The notes beneath the pieces were generated by a model. The model did not search any database. It had not been told where the DNA came from and was given only the letters and a program-made list of their open reading frames with translations. The position numbers and the translations under genes are program-made. From Eledone cirrhosa (lineage: Eukaryota), in the NCBI GenBank assembly GCA_964016885.1, contig OZ024740.1:236840001-236904000 (forward strand): a stretch of 64,000 bases of DNA, given 5' to 3'. Positions 29,901 to 43,808 of this stretch are shown here, piece after piece. Each line of letters begins with the position of its first letter. The stretch's first letter is position 1.

Positions 29901-31364
29901 TAGAAATATTAGTACTAGTTAAAATAAATATATATTAAAAAATACACAAATAAAACCTTAATTTGTTAAGCAAGGCCTTCTCCATAAACTGATATACATG
30001 AAACATCTATATACAAAAAATATTGCATATACTAATAACATATGAAGTTGAACCTTCTACTGCAAGAGAAAAACATACACAATGAAAGGATAATAATTTC
30101 TTCTGCATAGATTTGTTTTCTTTTACATGAGTTAGATGTTCAGTGCTGTTAGAACATTTTCTCTCCAGCCTCCAAACATAAAATATTTACTACACCTAGT
30201 TACTACACTTTGTTCGGAAAAGCTATGGGCTCTGACCCAAATCTGTAGACAAATGAATTAAAATATCAGTGAGAAACACCTAGCACATTATTATGAAAAG
30301 GAACTGAGTATATTTAGAATTCAGAGTGAATAAAATAATTGTCAAAATGTACGACATTATTGATTTATGCATGCCAATTAGAAATGTTAGGCAATAGAGA
30401 ACATAAGGGTTACTTTGAGTGTGAGAGAGAGAGAGAGAGAAGACATGCATATATGCACGTTGTATAATCTTAAGTTGTAAAATATAGCTGAAGAACATTT
30501 AGAATGAGAATAAAGTGTATTGAGAATGATAACTGTTTGACAGTAATATTTAGTATATAGCTACAGAAATTTATGAATGTTAAAGGTTTAGATCGATATG
30601 TATAACTGTAAAATATTTTACTGTCAGCTAATTTGTCCCTCCTGATACAACACAATTGGCCACAATTCTAATAGCTAATGTTATAATTTTTATGCCTGAC
30701 AGTCAAATTCTGTAACTGTCAACACATGCCTAAAGAAATATCTCATTCAAGATTTTTTCAGTATATCAGAAAGATGTTTCAAAGTTATTGTTTACCAGAA
30801 CCATTTTCACTTAAGAATCTTTTTCCAAGACTGTTTTCTAAGTCTTATGTCCTGTGACATGGCAGCACCTTCACCCAGTTCAACAACTAACTTAACCTTC
30901 AGTGTCAAAAATCAGAAAGTGATTGTTAAAGCTGCCAACACGGAATAATAAGTTAGATGAAAGGAGAGAGAATCTAAGATTAGACAGGATAAACTGAAAA
31001 GAGAACTAGATGCAGCACTTCACAGTAAAATAAACTATTGATCAACAATATCAATGCTGCTATATATTTCTTCAGTAAATCAAATGAGTACTGCTGTGTG
31101 TGCATGTGTACAATTATGAGAGCGTGTGTGTGAGGATGTGTACAATTATGAGAGTGTGTGTGTGTGTGAGGACCACCTCTGTCAGTTCCAACGATGAGTG
31201 TTTCAGTGGTTCAAACAATAATAGTCTGATTGTGAAATTAGAGTACAAGTGCCTGAGCATTCCACTGACATATATGAATTTTAGTATGTTTATGAATGTG
31301 TACAATTGCACATACAATGTACATATGTGTATGTTTGCATACAGATGTATGAATTACATGTAGC

Positions 31365-33390
31365 TCATCATTTTATGTCTACTATTCCATTCTTATGTGG
31401 GTTGGATAGATCTTTTGGTCCATTTGTCATGCTTTTTTATGAGGTTTAGTCTCCCAAGATCAGTTTCTAGTATTTATATCTTCCTTGGTCTTTCTCTTCC
31501 ACATAATCTTTGCTGATTTTTTTGACACTTTACAACTGTTATCCTCCATATGCATCACATATCTGTACCAATTCAGTTTTCGTTCCCTCTAGTGCATTAC
31601 ATCTGATTTTTATTACAACCATTTTTTTCCTTTCAGCTCCTTTGTACTTTTGTTCATCACATATCCGGTAATTCAGCCCTTGCATATGCTCCATATTCAA
31701 TATCCATATTTCACTTCATGCACAAGCATCATACATTTTATCCTTCACTCAGAAAGAGTCCATTTGTTACCAGCAGAAGTAACAGCTCTCTGGACTTTTT
31801 CTACCTTGGCTATTATAATTTTTGGAACACCTTCCTTTGTTGTTAATCAGGTCACCTAGGTAATATAAGTTATCAACTATTTTAAGGAGCCTCATAAGCA
31901 TTTGAAATAATTCATTTCATAGGAGCTCTTACTGTTAACTACTCCTGTGCATCTGTTACATATGAAGTGATTCTTCTCTGTTATTTTGCTTGTAGCCTCA
32001 CAGGCTAGCTGACAAAGTTTTTGTGCACCTCTTGTACATCTACTCATTATGTTGGATACACTGTATGGAATTCCTACCTACCAATGCATACCAATCATTC
32101 CTACCTACCTCCTGCATACCAATAATTGCAACTTCTTAGATTGCAGTAGAGCCTTGTCTTCTTTCTTGCTAAAATGTTTCTCATTGCTAGGTCTAGATTT
32201 TGCTTTCATGCATGGAATATATTTGACAGAATCGGCTATAAGAACTGGGTCATCGGCATACAGAAGTTTCTACTTCCATGGGACCCTTCATGGGACCCGT
32301 CATAGCTGTCAATACTAATAACTGTCTCTCTGTTGGTTTTAGAATAGTTGTCATTTCTCTTTTAAACAACCTCTGTTAGTTGCATCTTTTTTGGTAGCAG
32401 TGAGGGCAAAGGTGCCATTATCATTATGTTCATCAACAATGTCCTGATTTATATTGAAATACTACTTCACAATCTGGAACACCTTGGACCTCTGATCCTC
32501 ATGTCAATTGTTTATACTCAAACTTGACAAGAACTGCACAGACAAAAGTTATATAGTCAACTTTATGAATTCAGACTTACATCTTTCTTTTCTCCTTGCT
32601 AAATATACCTGATATCTATATTCTCTTCTATGTACCTTATCCCCTTTCATCCATTCTTTCAATGCCTGTCTTTTAGAATTTTGGGCTCTCTACCATTCCA
32701 TTCCACCACCATGTCACCTTCCACTTGGCTGGAACAATGTTCCACTTACAGATCTAGTGTACAGTTCAGCACAAATTGTCTTGTAGAAACTCCCAGTTGT
32801 CTTCTATGACATAAGCCTCTATCTCATCCTTTATTTAGACATATACATTTTCTCGTACTTCTTTGAACCTACTTTTGGCAGAGGAACCATTCAGTTCCAT
32901 TCATTCCTTCTCCAGATTTTTTGGTGTTTCTGGATTTGTCTAACTAATTCTGATGTCGCTAATCATTAGTTTATGTTGAGTGCTACATTCTTAGTATTTA
33001 CAATAATTTGTCTATCCTGGTTCTAAGTGAATATGAAGTTTATTTCATTTGCATATTCACCTGGGTGGTAAGTGATCAGGTGACTGGCTAGTTTTCTGAA
33101 GTTAGTCTTGTAATTGGTTAGGTCATTACATTACAGAACTCCAAGAGATCTTATTGCTCATTATTCCTTGTGCCATGTACATAGACAACATGAACATTAA
33201 AACCTCTCTCCCAGTGTTACCCAACATGACCATTAAAGCGACCACGGTTATGCTCTTCATGACTAATTTAACTTTAATTACTTTGAATACTTCAATTATT
33301 TTATCTATCCCCTTTTCTTCCAACAATATGCCTACTTCACCCATGTTCCTCGTCCTAAAGAAATCAGGCTGAAGTTTGCAAACCACCCAT
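31365..33390 (-). mobile_element. old RTE-clade LINE relic (APE to C-terminus, heavily deleted)
   Basis: GEVGILLEEK APE segment at 33126-33386; LLYADDPVLIADS RT motif near 32230-32270. Confidence 0.75.
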
Positions 33391-33410
33391 AGCTAGCTAT
33401 ATATATATAT

Positions 33411-33550
33411 AATAATTGTTTCTACTTTTGGCACAAGGCCAGCAATTATCCCAGTGCATTACTGGTACTTTATTTTATCAACACTGTAAGGATGAAAGGC
33501 AAAGTTAACCTCAGTGGGATTTGAACTCAAAACGTAAAGGGCCATAACTC
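33411..33550 (-). mobile_element. SINE family A, 5'-truncated
   Basis: Family A body with B box. Confidence 0.85.
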
Positions 33551-34254
33551 CTAATTAATTAACTATGCATGTGTTCCTCTGGAAAAAAATATTCTTTTTA
33601 AAAAAAATCTCTTGAAAACTTTTTTTTATTTTTAGAGTTGAAAAAATTCAGGCTTATTTAGCACAATTAAGTAACTGCTTTGTTTGTGTATTCTCCAAGA
33701 ATACACAAACATTTAAAAAAAACATTTAAAAAAAATCTCTTCAATTTCTTTATTGTATTGACTATGATTCTTGTATTCCTTTGGGACTCTCATAATCCAA
33801 ATCCTGAATGAATGCCCCATCGATGATTTAGTATTATATGCTTATATTGAAGTTGAAAGATGTGCAGACATTAATAAAATGATTTGAAATACATCCTTGG
33901 TTGTCAATTAACTAAAGAATTTCCATGTAAATCTAAACACAGCCTAAAGGGCCTAAACGATAAAACTACCAATCATGATAATACTCCTTCTATTGTGACT
34001 ATGGATGCAACATCTTATACTAATATGCTTATTAGTAACTGAAGTGAACCTATTTATAAGAGTAGAAATAAAAATATAACTATCAGAAATAAAAATAACT
34101 ATAATGGTACTATGGTTAAAAATAAAAGTACTAAACAAATAATACAACATATATTTAAACCGCATAAATACTCAAACTCGACAAATTATTTACTCACAGT
34201 CTAATAAACTCGTTAGTATCCCGGAACCTAATAATATAAATACCTATAACACTA

Positions 34255-34430
34255 ATAATTGTTTCTACTTTTGGCACAAGGCCAGCAATTACCCAGTACA
34301 TTACTGGTACTTTATTTTATCGACCCCGTATGGATGAAAGGCAAAGTTAACCTCGGCGGGATTTGAACTCAGATCATAAAGGGACGTAACTATGCTGGAA
34401 AGCATGTCCGAACCTCTACCGATACTGAAG
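34255..34430 (-). mobile_element. SINE family A young copy, just upstream of the Penelope-like fragment
   Basis: Near-identical to 36881-37070 in inverted orientation. Confidence 0.88.
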
Positions 34431-34506
34431 TGATCCTCATCCTCCACCACATAATTTACAACCTCTAAATAAGAGAACCTTATCTTTAGCTAATAAAACT
34501 AACTGT

Positions 34507-35233
34507 AGAAGGCCTTTGACATGGTTTAATCCCCCTTTTAGTAAACATATAGCTTCAAATATACCTAAATGGTTCTTCAGTATAATAGACAAAAATTTTC
34601 CACAATCACATAAGTACCATAAATTACTAAATAAAAATACTATAAAACTTTCTTTTTCTACAACAACTGATTTAGCAGCAAGTAATAATGACAAGAGCAC
34701 AAGTAATTTGAAAAAAATCTCACCCTTGTAGAAGCCTGAACTAATGTAATAACCTTAACACTCATGCTAACCAATGTAATAACCCTAATACTCATGCTAA
34801 CCTAATAACTAACTATGACAGTAAATGTAGACACCCACAAAACTGCCCCTGATTGCTTAGTATATCAATGCGTTGTCTCTACATCAAATGATACTAAAGC
34901 TTACATAGTGGCAACATCTAATAAGTTTAAATCATATTACTATTTTTACTTCCACTCTTTTAAGAATATTAAACCAAGGAATTCTACTTCGTTTGTAAGT
35001 CATATATGGGATTTAAAATGAAATAATATCTCTTACTCCTTTTCTTGGTCAGTTTTAAAAAACTGCAAGATCCTATGATTCAGGAAACAAAAAAAATGAA
35101 ATTTGTGTTTAACAGAATACCTCCTGATAACTAAGTCCAATTAATTATTATTGAACGGGAAGTCTGAAATAGTGTCTATATGCCCACATAGAAATTACTT
35201 TTCTTTTTATTATTTCAAATGTAACCAAACATA
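34507..35233 (+). mobile_element. decayed Penelope-like element, C-terminal linker plus GIY-YIG endonuclease (probably Naiad-type)
   Basis: TWFNPPFSKHIASNIPKWFFSIIDKNFPQSHKYHKLLNKNTIKLSFS, then LVYQCVV...AYIVAT...FK...HSF...NST...HIWDLK, then FSWSVL, NLCLTE, LLNGKSEIVSICPH; stops and frameshifts. Clade assignment is inference. Confidence 0.8.
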
Positions 35234-35489
35234 AACAATGTAATGGATTTTTTAAAACTATTCATTACCACCTTTTCATACCTATAGCTCTAATAAATAA
35301 CACTCCTCTTTTTTCATTTTAGACACCTGATCCATTTAACAGTAATGTCATATGTCCTCTTAATGCAGTCCATATCCTTTGTATAAGTCTATGTCTTTTT
35401 TACGTTTGAACTCCCTGATACCTTATAGTATATATACATATATAATATGCATATATGTACAATTGTAAGTATATAAATATATATATACA

Positions 35490-36025
35490 TGTGTGTGTTG
35501 GACCTCCGTTGGTTCTGATGACAAGTGTTGCACTTATTCTAGCAAACTGCCAACGAAATGAATTCAGAGATGGTGGGGCATTCCACAAGCAGGGAAATTC
35601 AATGTGACACAGTTTAAGACAAGACTGTGCCTTTGAATTACAGGTACAACTTATTTTTGTCAGCTGAGCAGACTGGGACAATATGAAATATAGTGTCTTG
35701 CCTACTGAGAATTGAACTCAAGAGTTTACAATTATGAGCCAAACATTCTAACCACTATATATACACACACACACACACACACACGCACACATGAATTTGC
35801 ACCTAGAAAGTTCCCTTCTGAGGCACAAGTCTGGGCAAGGTTGTTTGTGGAAGACCAGCAGTCACCCATGCATATCAGTCTCCCTTCTTCATGCCTCCAA
35901 TTTTGTTCTGGAGCAACATAAAATAAAGTGTCTTGCTCAAGAACACATCGCAAAGCCCAGTCCGATAATCGAAAACACAATCTCATGAGTGTAAGCCTGA
36001 TGCTCTAACCACTAAGCCATGCACC
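35490..36025 (-). mobile_element. two tRNA-SINE family B copies (CORE-like gagcaagacactttatt domain)
   Basis: Minus-strand heads tagtggttag...gagttcaattc and catggcttagtggttagagc; related to 48995-49320 and 57885-58200. Confidence 0.7.
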
Positions 36026-36065
36026 TTCACATACATATATATATATACACACACGTGTGTGTGTG

Positions 36066-36131
<66 letters not shown>

Positions 36132-36880
36132 CACTCATGTATTTATGTATTGAACATGTATATGTCTCTGTGTGTATGTGAACATCATGGCTATATACCA
36201 ATTACAAATATGATATAGTGTATGAATAAAATAGAACATATTTAACCCTTTTTACATTTAAATCGGCCATATCCAGTCAGAATTCTCTCATCTCTTTCTG
36301 TTCAAACCAACTGTAACTGGCTACTCATACTTATGTTAAGGTATTGTTCTCAAAATAAATAACATCAAAATCTTGTAGATTTGATATTATCTGTGATAAC
36401 TATGTAAGGTAAAGCCTTTACCACAAAAATACAATAGTATATATAGAGTAATGTAATATACATAAAATGAACTTAATATACATAAAATAAACTTAATGTA
36501 GATACATTTTGTCATGATCAAGTCTAGAGAGTCAAACTGTAATAGAACTAAAAAAAGTAATACAAAAGAACAACAAAACTGCAATTACTTCTCTTCATGA
36601 ATAGTTCTTGTTGAACTATGGTGAAGAAAGTAATAAAATATACATAAAATAAACTTAATGTAGATATAGCTAGAGTTTTTAAATTAGAAACTTCAGTGGG
36701 AAAAGAAGTGTAAACGCAATTTCAATTTTTCCCCTCTTTTTATGGAAGAACATAAACCATTATGTGCTTCAGAAATTATAGTTTCTTTATCAGACTATAA
36801 CTAGTCCTATGATTCTGCATATAGAAGGAACTTATTGTAGTTACTATGAGAAACAGGATGTTATTATTTCTACTATGTGA

Positions 36881-37070
36881 CGGTGGATTGGCAGTATCGG
36901 TAGAGGGTCGGACGCCATGCTTTCCAGCATAGAGTTACGCCCCTTTGCAGTCTGAGTTCAAATCCCGCCAAGGTTAACTTTGCCTTTCATCCTTACGGGG
37001 TCGATAAAATAAAGTACCAGTAATGTACTGGATAATTGCTGGCCTTGTGCCAAAAGTAGAAACAATTATT
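36881..37070 (+). mobile_element. SINE family A full-length copy, the only + strand copy seen, 18-bp TSD
   Basis: A and B boxes on +; TSD attatttctactatgtga at 36863-36880 and 37065-37082. Confidence 0.9.
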
Positions 37071-38023
37071 TCTACTATGTGAAGCAGGATGTAGAACTTA
37101 ACTGAAATCATCATTCTAATTTGAAAAATGTACCTTTGTTAGATCATCATTAAATTTATCTTAATTCTTTTAATATATGTTATGTTGTGCATAAATATCT
37201 CTTATTTAATGTTGTTGCCAAATGAATGTATGTCATTCAAATGAGGCAGGCCATATCAATTAAGTTTTACATCCAGTTTAACGTAGAGACCACAATAAAA
37301 TACCTTTGTAGGCAGAATCATAGGGGTAGTTATTTTCTGATGAAGAAATAATAACCTCTAAAATGTATAAAAGATAATATCTTATGTTTTACCATGTTCA
37401 GAAGAAATAATACAAAATATATTTACACTTCATTCTTATCATAGTGAAGCTTCTAATTTAAAAACTATAATAATACATTAAATTTATTTTAAATCTTATA
37501 ATATATGCAGTATTGTGCATAAATATTTACTATAAGATGTTGCTCCTTCTCTCCAAATGCCAGTGTTTTGTTAATTATTCTGATATGGTCAGGCATATGT
37601 ACAGATATGCTTTCCAACTGGCTTTTAATACAATATATACAAGAATTGCTAATTGCATGAAGACAGCAAGAAATTTTATGTTGAATTATCAGTATTTTAG
37701 TTAAAACAATCAAATACTGTTTAACAAGGAAACAACAATAAAATATACACAAAACTTTTTCATGCAATAAAAAAAAAAAAATGATAATTGAAGATTTTAA
37801 TGTAGCCTTGGTTCATGGTAGGTGGATTTTTGGCAGTGTTAGTGAATATAAAATAAAATTTAAAAAATACTAAACAGGGTTGAGGCAGGTGATATTAGTA
37901 AGTTGTGTGCGTTAAACAACAGAAAAAGAAGCTGAACTAATGAAACAAAGCAGTAAATTGGTTGGCTAAGCTACAACAGCAGTGGGCTAAAACAAATGAG
38001 CAGGGACCACCATCAGCACCAAC

Positions 38024-38125
38024 CTGCTTCATGATCCCATTCCAGATCTAAGGAGGATGCCTCAGTATGCGACCGATCTCGAGTATGTGTTGTGCTGCTA
38101 CTAGTACTTTGGCCATCTGCAGATG
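38024..38125 (-). CDS. AP1AR: AP1AR/gadkin-like coding exon with the first DLEW acidic-tryptophan motif
   Basis: ttccaaacag|CA TCT...GCA G|gttggt; 102 nt, phase 1 to 1. Encodes (A)SADGQSTSSSTTHTRDRSHTEASSLDLEWDHEA(G), similar to vertebrate STSLDLEWEDEEG. Confidence 0.92.
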
Positions 38126-39730
38126 CTGTTTGGAATAAAATCCACAGTTAATAGAGAAATGTGAGGAACAAGGAACAAAAAGTAAAGAAAGAAACAGCAT
38201 TAAAGCATGCACCTGTTAGTTGCACAGCATTATTGTAACACAATTACCATTAAATTGAAAACCAGAATTTTAGTCACAGTTTTCAACAACACTAACAATA
38301 CAAAGTTGCTTTGTTCAACACAACTAAAAATGTTTCAAGTTGACAATTTTTAAAGATTTTTTTATTTTGACATGAAAAATTTTACAATAATGGGATCATA
38401 CTAGCCAGTATATTAAATGAAAAAAAAAATATTCTTCTGTTTATGTTGAATTAAATAGCTGTGGGACTAATTTTGCAGCAATTTTAATAGTTGCATTAAA
38501 TATTTCTAGCAGGTTAAGTGACCAGGTAAATGTTCCTTTGTTGGTCCATCAAATTGTATGTAGTTAGATGTTAACTGGTTTTAGGAAAAAGCATTTATGT
38601 TTTTAAAACATATTGATGAGGGGAGGTTCCTGAACAATTAGTTTCCTCTTTACTGCTTAATCAAAGAGAGTAGAACAGTGTCCTAGACCCTTATCAGAGT
38701 CTTCAACATTGGCAGGGGAAGGTATCCTCACACTTAAGGCATAGCCTGAATGTTTGCAACAGAGTTAGTTTTCTTATTAGTCAAAAAGAGTTGAGGCACC
38801 TAAAGGCCAGGTGAAGGTGTTGAACAGAGTGATGGATTAATTCTATTACCCAAGCAAGCCACGGTGGGATTTAATCTGAGAACATAAAAAGCCAGAACAA
38901 ATACCACAAAGCATCTCATCTGACACTAATAATTCCACTAATCCACCACCCTCGGTTGGTACTCTATTGTATTCACTTTGTATAGATGAAAGGTAAAGTT
39001 AAATTCAGTAGAATTTGGAGTCCAGAGAACCAAAATAAATACTGCAAGGCAGTTTATCGAATGCTCTAATGACTGCCGATTTGTCTAGGGTATAACGATA
39101 CATTTTGCCCTAAAATTGTAGGTAGAGATTATCTCTGGAAGGATTATATTAACCCATGACTTTAGAAAGAACAGCATGCAGTTAAAAGTTATACAAGGAA
39201 ACACTGGTTTATAATAGTATCTTGACAACATAAATGTCATACTATCACTACATCATGTCTATAAAAAAGCAAGCAGCAGTTGAGTATTGTTTCTACAAAG
39301 GTCAATATTTCTCTAGAAGTATTTCAACAAAAGTCAGCAATATATGTCTAAATGTGCCTTTCTTTGGAAAGAGGAGATTGTATTCAAGTGTTATTGTTTA
39401 AACAGTCAATGAGTATCTGAATGTTAATCTTTGAATGATCATTTTTTTAATGATGCGGTCATTGTGATTTGTATTGCTTAACATTGTAGTGTCAAATATA
39501 TAGAAATAGTCAAGACAAAAGTAACATGGAAAGGTCTTGTTTAGCCTTAGGTTAGCCCTGATCAAGCAGACCAATGAGCAAATACATTCCTGTCATGACC
39601 ATCATATCTTATTTTGGGGGATAGTAATATACTTAGGAACAAATTACCCAATGTGTGCAATGTTGGAATGGTCATAGCTGGAATGCTTTTCATAATAAGT
39701 TTGTTTCATTAACTGACAAAATCTCATCTA

Positions 39731-40120
39731 CTCTTGGGTCCCAAATAATGATGGGGGCGGGGGTCTGCAAAATCGGTAATTTTTCTAAGTCGTCTCCATT
39801 AATATTTTTAAAAACCAAAATTAGATGTTTAGTTTACATCATCATCATCATCTTTTACGTCCGCTTTTCCCTGCTTGTAAATTTACATATTGAAACTCCA
39901 ACCCTCATATTTATTTTATAATGCATGGGATTTCTAGTAATGTACTTCTTTTGTCATGTATAATATTTTTAATGTATAAAGAAAATTATTTGTCGCAAGA
40001 ATGGTATATCACTTAAAATAACATTTCACCAGAGATAGAGTAGCAAAATTTAATAAGTGGGAAGGGGGGGGGGGGGGTTAAAAATTAATAAGTGGAGGAC
40101 GATTATTTAAGACCCAAGAG
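39731..40120. mobile_element. Tc1/mariner-type MITE with TA TSD
   Basis: TIRs CTCTTGGGTCCCAAATAATG and CTCTTGGGTCTTAAATAATC (17/20); TA at 39729-39730 and 40121-40122. Confidence 0.72.
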
Positions 40121-40689
40121 TATCAACTGTTTGTTAGATGAATGGCACTAACTTTATCTACCTTTATATTTTAGGATTCAATAGATAAGAATAAGAAATA
40201 TGATGATGATGATGATGATGATACAACTTACGATGGAATTATATTTCACTGTAAGATTAATTTATTTATTGGTTGATTTAAAATATTTAGAACACTAAAA
40301 TACATTGATGTTATAAGATCATAATTAAATGGTATATGGTTTCAAAGATATATATTAATAACTATAACGAGATAAAACCAAAATTAGGTCAATACAAGAT
40401 TATAGAGAGCAAAGTTTGTTAGCAATTTATATTTCATTAATATTTTGTGTAAATATTATTTAGTCCTGATCATCCCACCTTTTATTCAAACATAGTGCAT
40501 CAAAGACCATATTATTCAAATTGTCCTTCCTCTTTTAAGATGGGAGGGTGTGATTTGTGGAAGATTTCACTGCACTGAGGTTCTCTTATTGACTTGTTAA
40601 ATATCATTTAGCTTAGCTTTTTTTATACTAAACTACTGAAACTGTTTATATTTTTCTAGAACCTCCCATCTTAATTTTATATAAAAATC

Positions 40690-41010
40690 TTTCATCATCA
40701 TTGTTTAACGTCAGCTTTCCCTGCAAGCAAAAGTTGGACAGGTCTACATAAACTAAGTCAATATAGAAGTGGGGTTACTGACTTCCCAGACAGGTCAGGG
40801 TTCTGTATCTCGCTTATGTTTTACGTTTTATCGAGTACACAGGAGAGATTGTCATGACTTTGACACAAGTGAAGTGTCCTCCCAACCCATTGTTTGGTAA
40901 GCTTTCTACAGCTGGATGCCCTTCGTATCACCAACCGCTCTACAGTTTGTGCTGGGTGCATTTATTGTGTAGATCATCAACACTAGGGTGGCTGTTGCGC
41001 AATGACATGA
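40690..41010 (-). mobile_element. SINE or LINE 3' tail sharing the RTE-type 3' end (ggaagggcatccagctgtagaaa...gacgttaaa(gat)n)
   Basis: Similar to 48318-48480 and 58090-58200. Confidence 0.6.
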
Positions 41011-41249
41011 CTGAAGCATCCTCTTAACCTTATTTCTTTTTATAGGAATAGTTTCTTCAGTGTTTTCCCTGTCACCAACAGGGTTAGTCGTTGTCCCATC
41101 AGAAGAGCCTTCTCTGCTTTGTGGGGACGGGGCAATAGGAAGGAGATGAACATGAAGTTATGGCATTGCAAATAACAGTTTAATAATGAGATAATATTAC
41201 TAAATCCTACTAAATTCTTAATTATTTGAAAATCATAGGCAGTGTCTTT

Positions 41250-41720
41250 CATTAGAAATATGCTAATGAAAGGTTTAAAAGGTTTAAAAAGAGGGAAAAT
41301 GACCCATAACCTTTGCAGGACTTCTCTTGCTGGTAAGGCAGATGTAGATAATGTTCAATTTGAACTTCTGAAGGTTGATGCCTCGAGGAAAAATGTAGGG
41401 AAGAAATAAGGAACTTCCTGGCGGTTGTAGTTCTGAACAGCCTGTTTAAAGTGGACTTATGGTGGGCACGGCAAGATAGAGATAACAAATAACAAAAGAA
41501 GAGGAGATAGAATGAAAACCTGTTAAGTTGGCTTGCTGGAAGTAGTACACAACTCAGAAGGGCAGGAACCATTGTAATTACAGAATAATAGACTAAGGGA
41601 AGCTACATCATGTTGGTAAACAAGTGACTGGTGTATGATGCTGTGTGAAGAAGTCAGATGGCCTTTATTCATGTTTGGCCTTGGATGTATGTATGAGAAA
41701 GACACAGTGTGCATTTGTGT
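41250..41720 (-). mobile_element. old CR1/Jockey-group LINE C-terminal fragment
   Basis: SLVYQHDVASLSLLFCNYNGSCPSEL resembles the SL.HRR.VA.L.LFY.Y..G.C..EL tail of these LINEs. Confidence 0.55.
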
Positions 41721-41930
41721 GGGTGTGTTGTAACAACTACTACATCTCTGATGTATAAGCAGTAATCCTATATGAGAGAAATATTATAATATACACTATT
41801 GGAGGCCCTTCATCTAATCTGAAACCTAGTTTTCTAAGGTCTTCATTGTGGGGGAGTGGGTTACTTATCTAGGAGAGAGTAATGTGATTAATATTCATTT
41901 TAAACTATTGCATATCTATATAACATTGTA

Positions 41931-41931
<1 letters not shown>

Positions 41932-41965
<34 letters not shown>

Positions 41966-42047
41966 GCGTGTGCGTGTGTGTGTGTGTGTGTGCGTGTGCG
42001 TGTGCGTGTGTGTGTGTGTGTGCGCGTGCGCGTGCGTGTGTGTGTGT
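41932..42047. repeat. (GT)n/(GC) microsatellite
   Basis: Seen directly. Confidence 0.95.
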
Positions 42048-42818
42048 AATGCAATTGTTGGCATGAGCTGGACAAGAATTTTTTAAGGCAGTTTTTCTGA
42101 AGCCAATCCATACTTTGTATGGTAAATATTACTGATATTCATTGACCTGCTAAGCTTCAAGATATATTGTTTATGAGGGATGCAAACAAATATCACATTG
42201 TTTTTGAAACAATGTCAATATGTGATGCATGCAGCAACTGTGCTCGCATATATATATATACACACACACAGACATAACTAGCAGCTTCCTTAGAGTCTTT
42301 CACTACTAACTTCATTCAAAAGGCCATAGTAGAAGATGCTATGCAATGGCATCAAACCCAGACCCAAGTGGTTTTGAAGCGAACTTCTTAGCCATACAGC
42401 CATACCTGTACCTAAATATAACCCTTACTGGGTGTATGAATAAAAGTCTAAATGTCTTAGAACAGAAGATAGAGATAACTAGAAGATGTTGGTCTGTCAG
42501 AAAACCTATATATATTGGTTGGTTTTCAAGTTACTTTGCCAATGGATTTGTTAGTGTCAAAGAACATCTATGAAGAACATTATTTAGAATAATTGCATCC
42601 ACTTATAAATTAGATTACAAGTGCATTAAACAATTATTGAATTTTATTACCAAGCTGGAACAAGTAACTTGCTGCGATACTTTCTGTATCAAATTCAGGT
42701 TCTGAGGCTCAACAAGCTGTCAAAGCACCAGCTGCTCTCCAATAGGTTTTAGAATCTGACCTATTGTGGTGGAAACATCTAGTGTCCTGGATCCCTTAAT
42801 CACCTCATTACTTATTAC

Positions 42819-42950
42819 CATTAGGAGAGAGATGATCATCAGCAAGAATGAACCCTGAACGTTTGACTGGCTCGTTCAGTGCATCCCTTGCTATCCTCAA
42901 AGGCAATGCATATACAATTCTGTTCATAGGGATCATGAGGTAACAGACAT
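42819..42950 (-). CDS. candidate alternative (cassette) exon of AP1AR, 44 codons
   Basis: catcag|AT GTC...AAT G|gtaata; 132 nt, symmetric phase 1-1 matching its host intron. Stop-free: (D)VCYLMIPMNRIVYALPLRIARDALNEPVKRSGFILADDHLSPN. No homology recognised. Confidence 0.4.
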
Positions 42951-43320
42951 CTGATGTTTTGCAAAGGACATGAAATGCTAGTATTATAATTTCAGACAAT
43001 AATAATATAGACGTTCATGTTTGTACATATACAAAGAGAAAAAGTCAAGATTTCATTATATAAACAATAAGCATACCTAAAGTAGACTCATCTCTATATA
43101 GACTAATGATGTTGATTATGATGATAAAGTAGTCAATAAATTACTCAGCAGTAAAAATTCAATTAGGAAAATGTACAGGATGCATCTATTCTACTCGTGT
43201 TACAATTTATATTAAATTGAATGTGTTGTTTCTAAACTTTTCAGTATATTTTCCAAGTACAGACACAATTTAATCTGGTTTAATAGAGGAAGTATGGATG
43301 AACAATGCTTTAGTTTTGAG

Positions 43321-43618
43321 CAATGTTTCTCAACCTTTTTACCCTTGTGGAACCCTTGAAATAGTTTTAATGTCTCAGAGAACCCCTGCATAAAAGTTAA
43401 CGACTTAGTTTCAAATAATATAAGAGCTTGAAGCCTTTATTATAATAATCAAAGATTTTCCAACTATATGCTATACATGTGTAGTAAAATTACGAATATA
43501 AAATTAAACAAAATTTTCTCAAAAATACATTAGCTTATTTAACACTATTTCTTGCAGAACCCCTAGTGGCCTATTGTGGGATCCTAGGGTTCCGGGGAAC
43601 ACCAGTTGAGAAACGCTG
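43321..43618. mobile_element. hAT (Charlie-like) MITE
   Basis: TIRs CAATGTTTCTCAAC and CAGCGTTTCTCAAC; degenerate 8-bp TSD gttttgag / gtttagaa. Confidence 0.75.
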
Positions 43619-43725
43619 GTTTAGAATATAACTTGATGAAGATGAGAAATTATCAATTTAATTAGTATCCAGCAATAGAAGCATCTAATCTATAAGTAGA
43701 AACAATCTACTGAGATTTGACTTAC

Positions 43726-43808
43726 CTTGGCGTAATTGCGTTCTTGCTGACAGAGAACGAGCTTTCACACTAGCCAGGAACATTTCAAAATCATCTTCAC
43801 CTCCAGCT
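43726..43808 (-). CDS. AP1AR: AP1AR/gadkin-like coding exon
   Basis: tttttag|A GCT GGA...CAA G|gtaagt; 83 nt, phase 2 to 1. Encodes AGGEDDFEMFLASVKARSLSARTQLRQ, similar to vertebrate GPEDDFESCLRNMK. Confidence 0.92.

Noticed and set aside
35511-35570. CTGATGA...GAAA possible hammerhead
   Set aside because: No stem I pairing, stem II does not close on GAAA, and it lies antisense within a SINE.
36881-36975. tRNA gene
   Set aside because: A and B boxes belong to a SINE head with body, tail and TSD; no complete cloverleaf seen.
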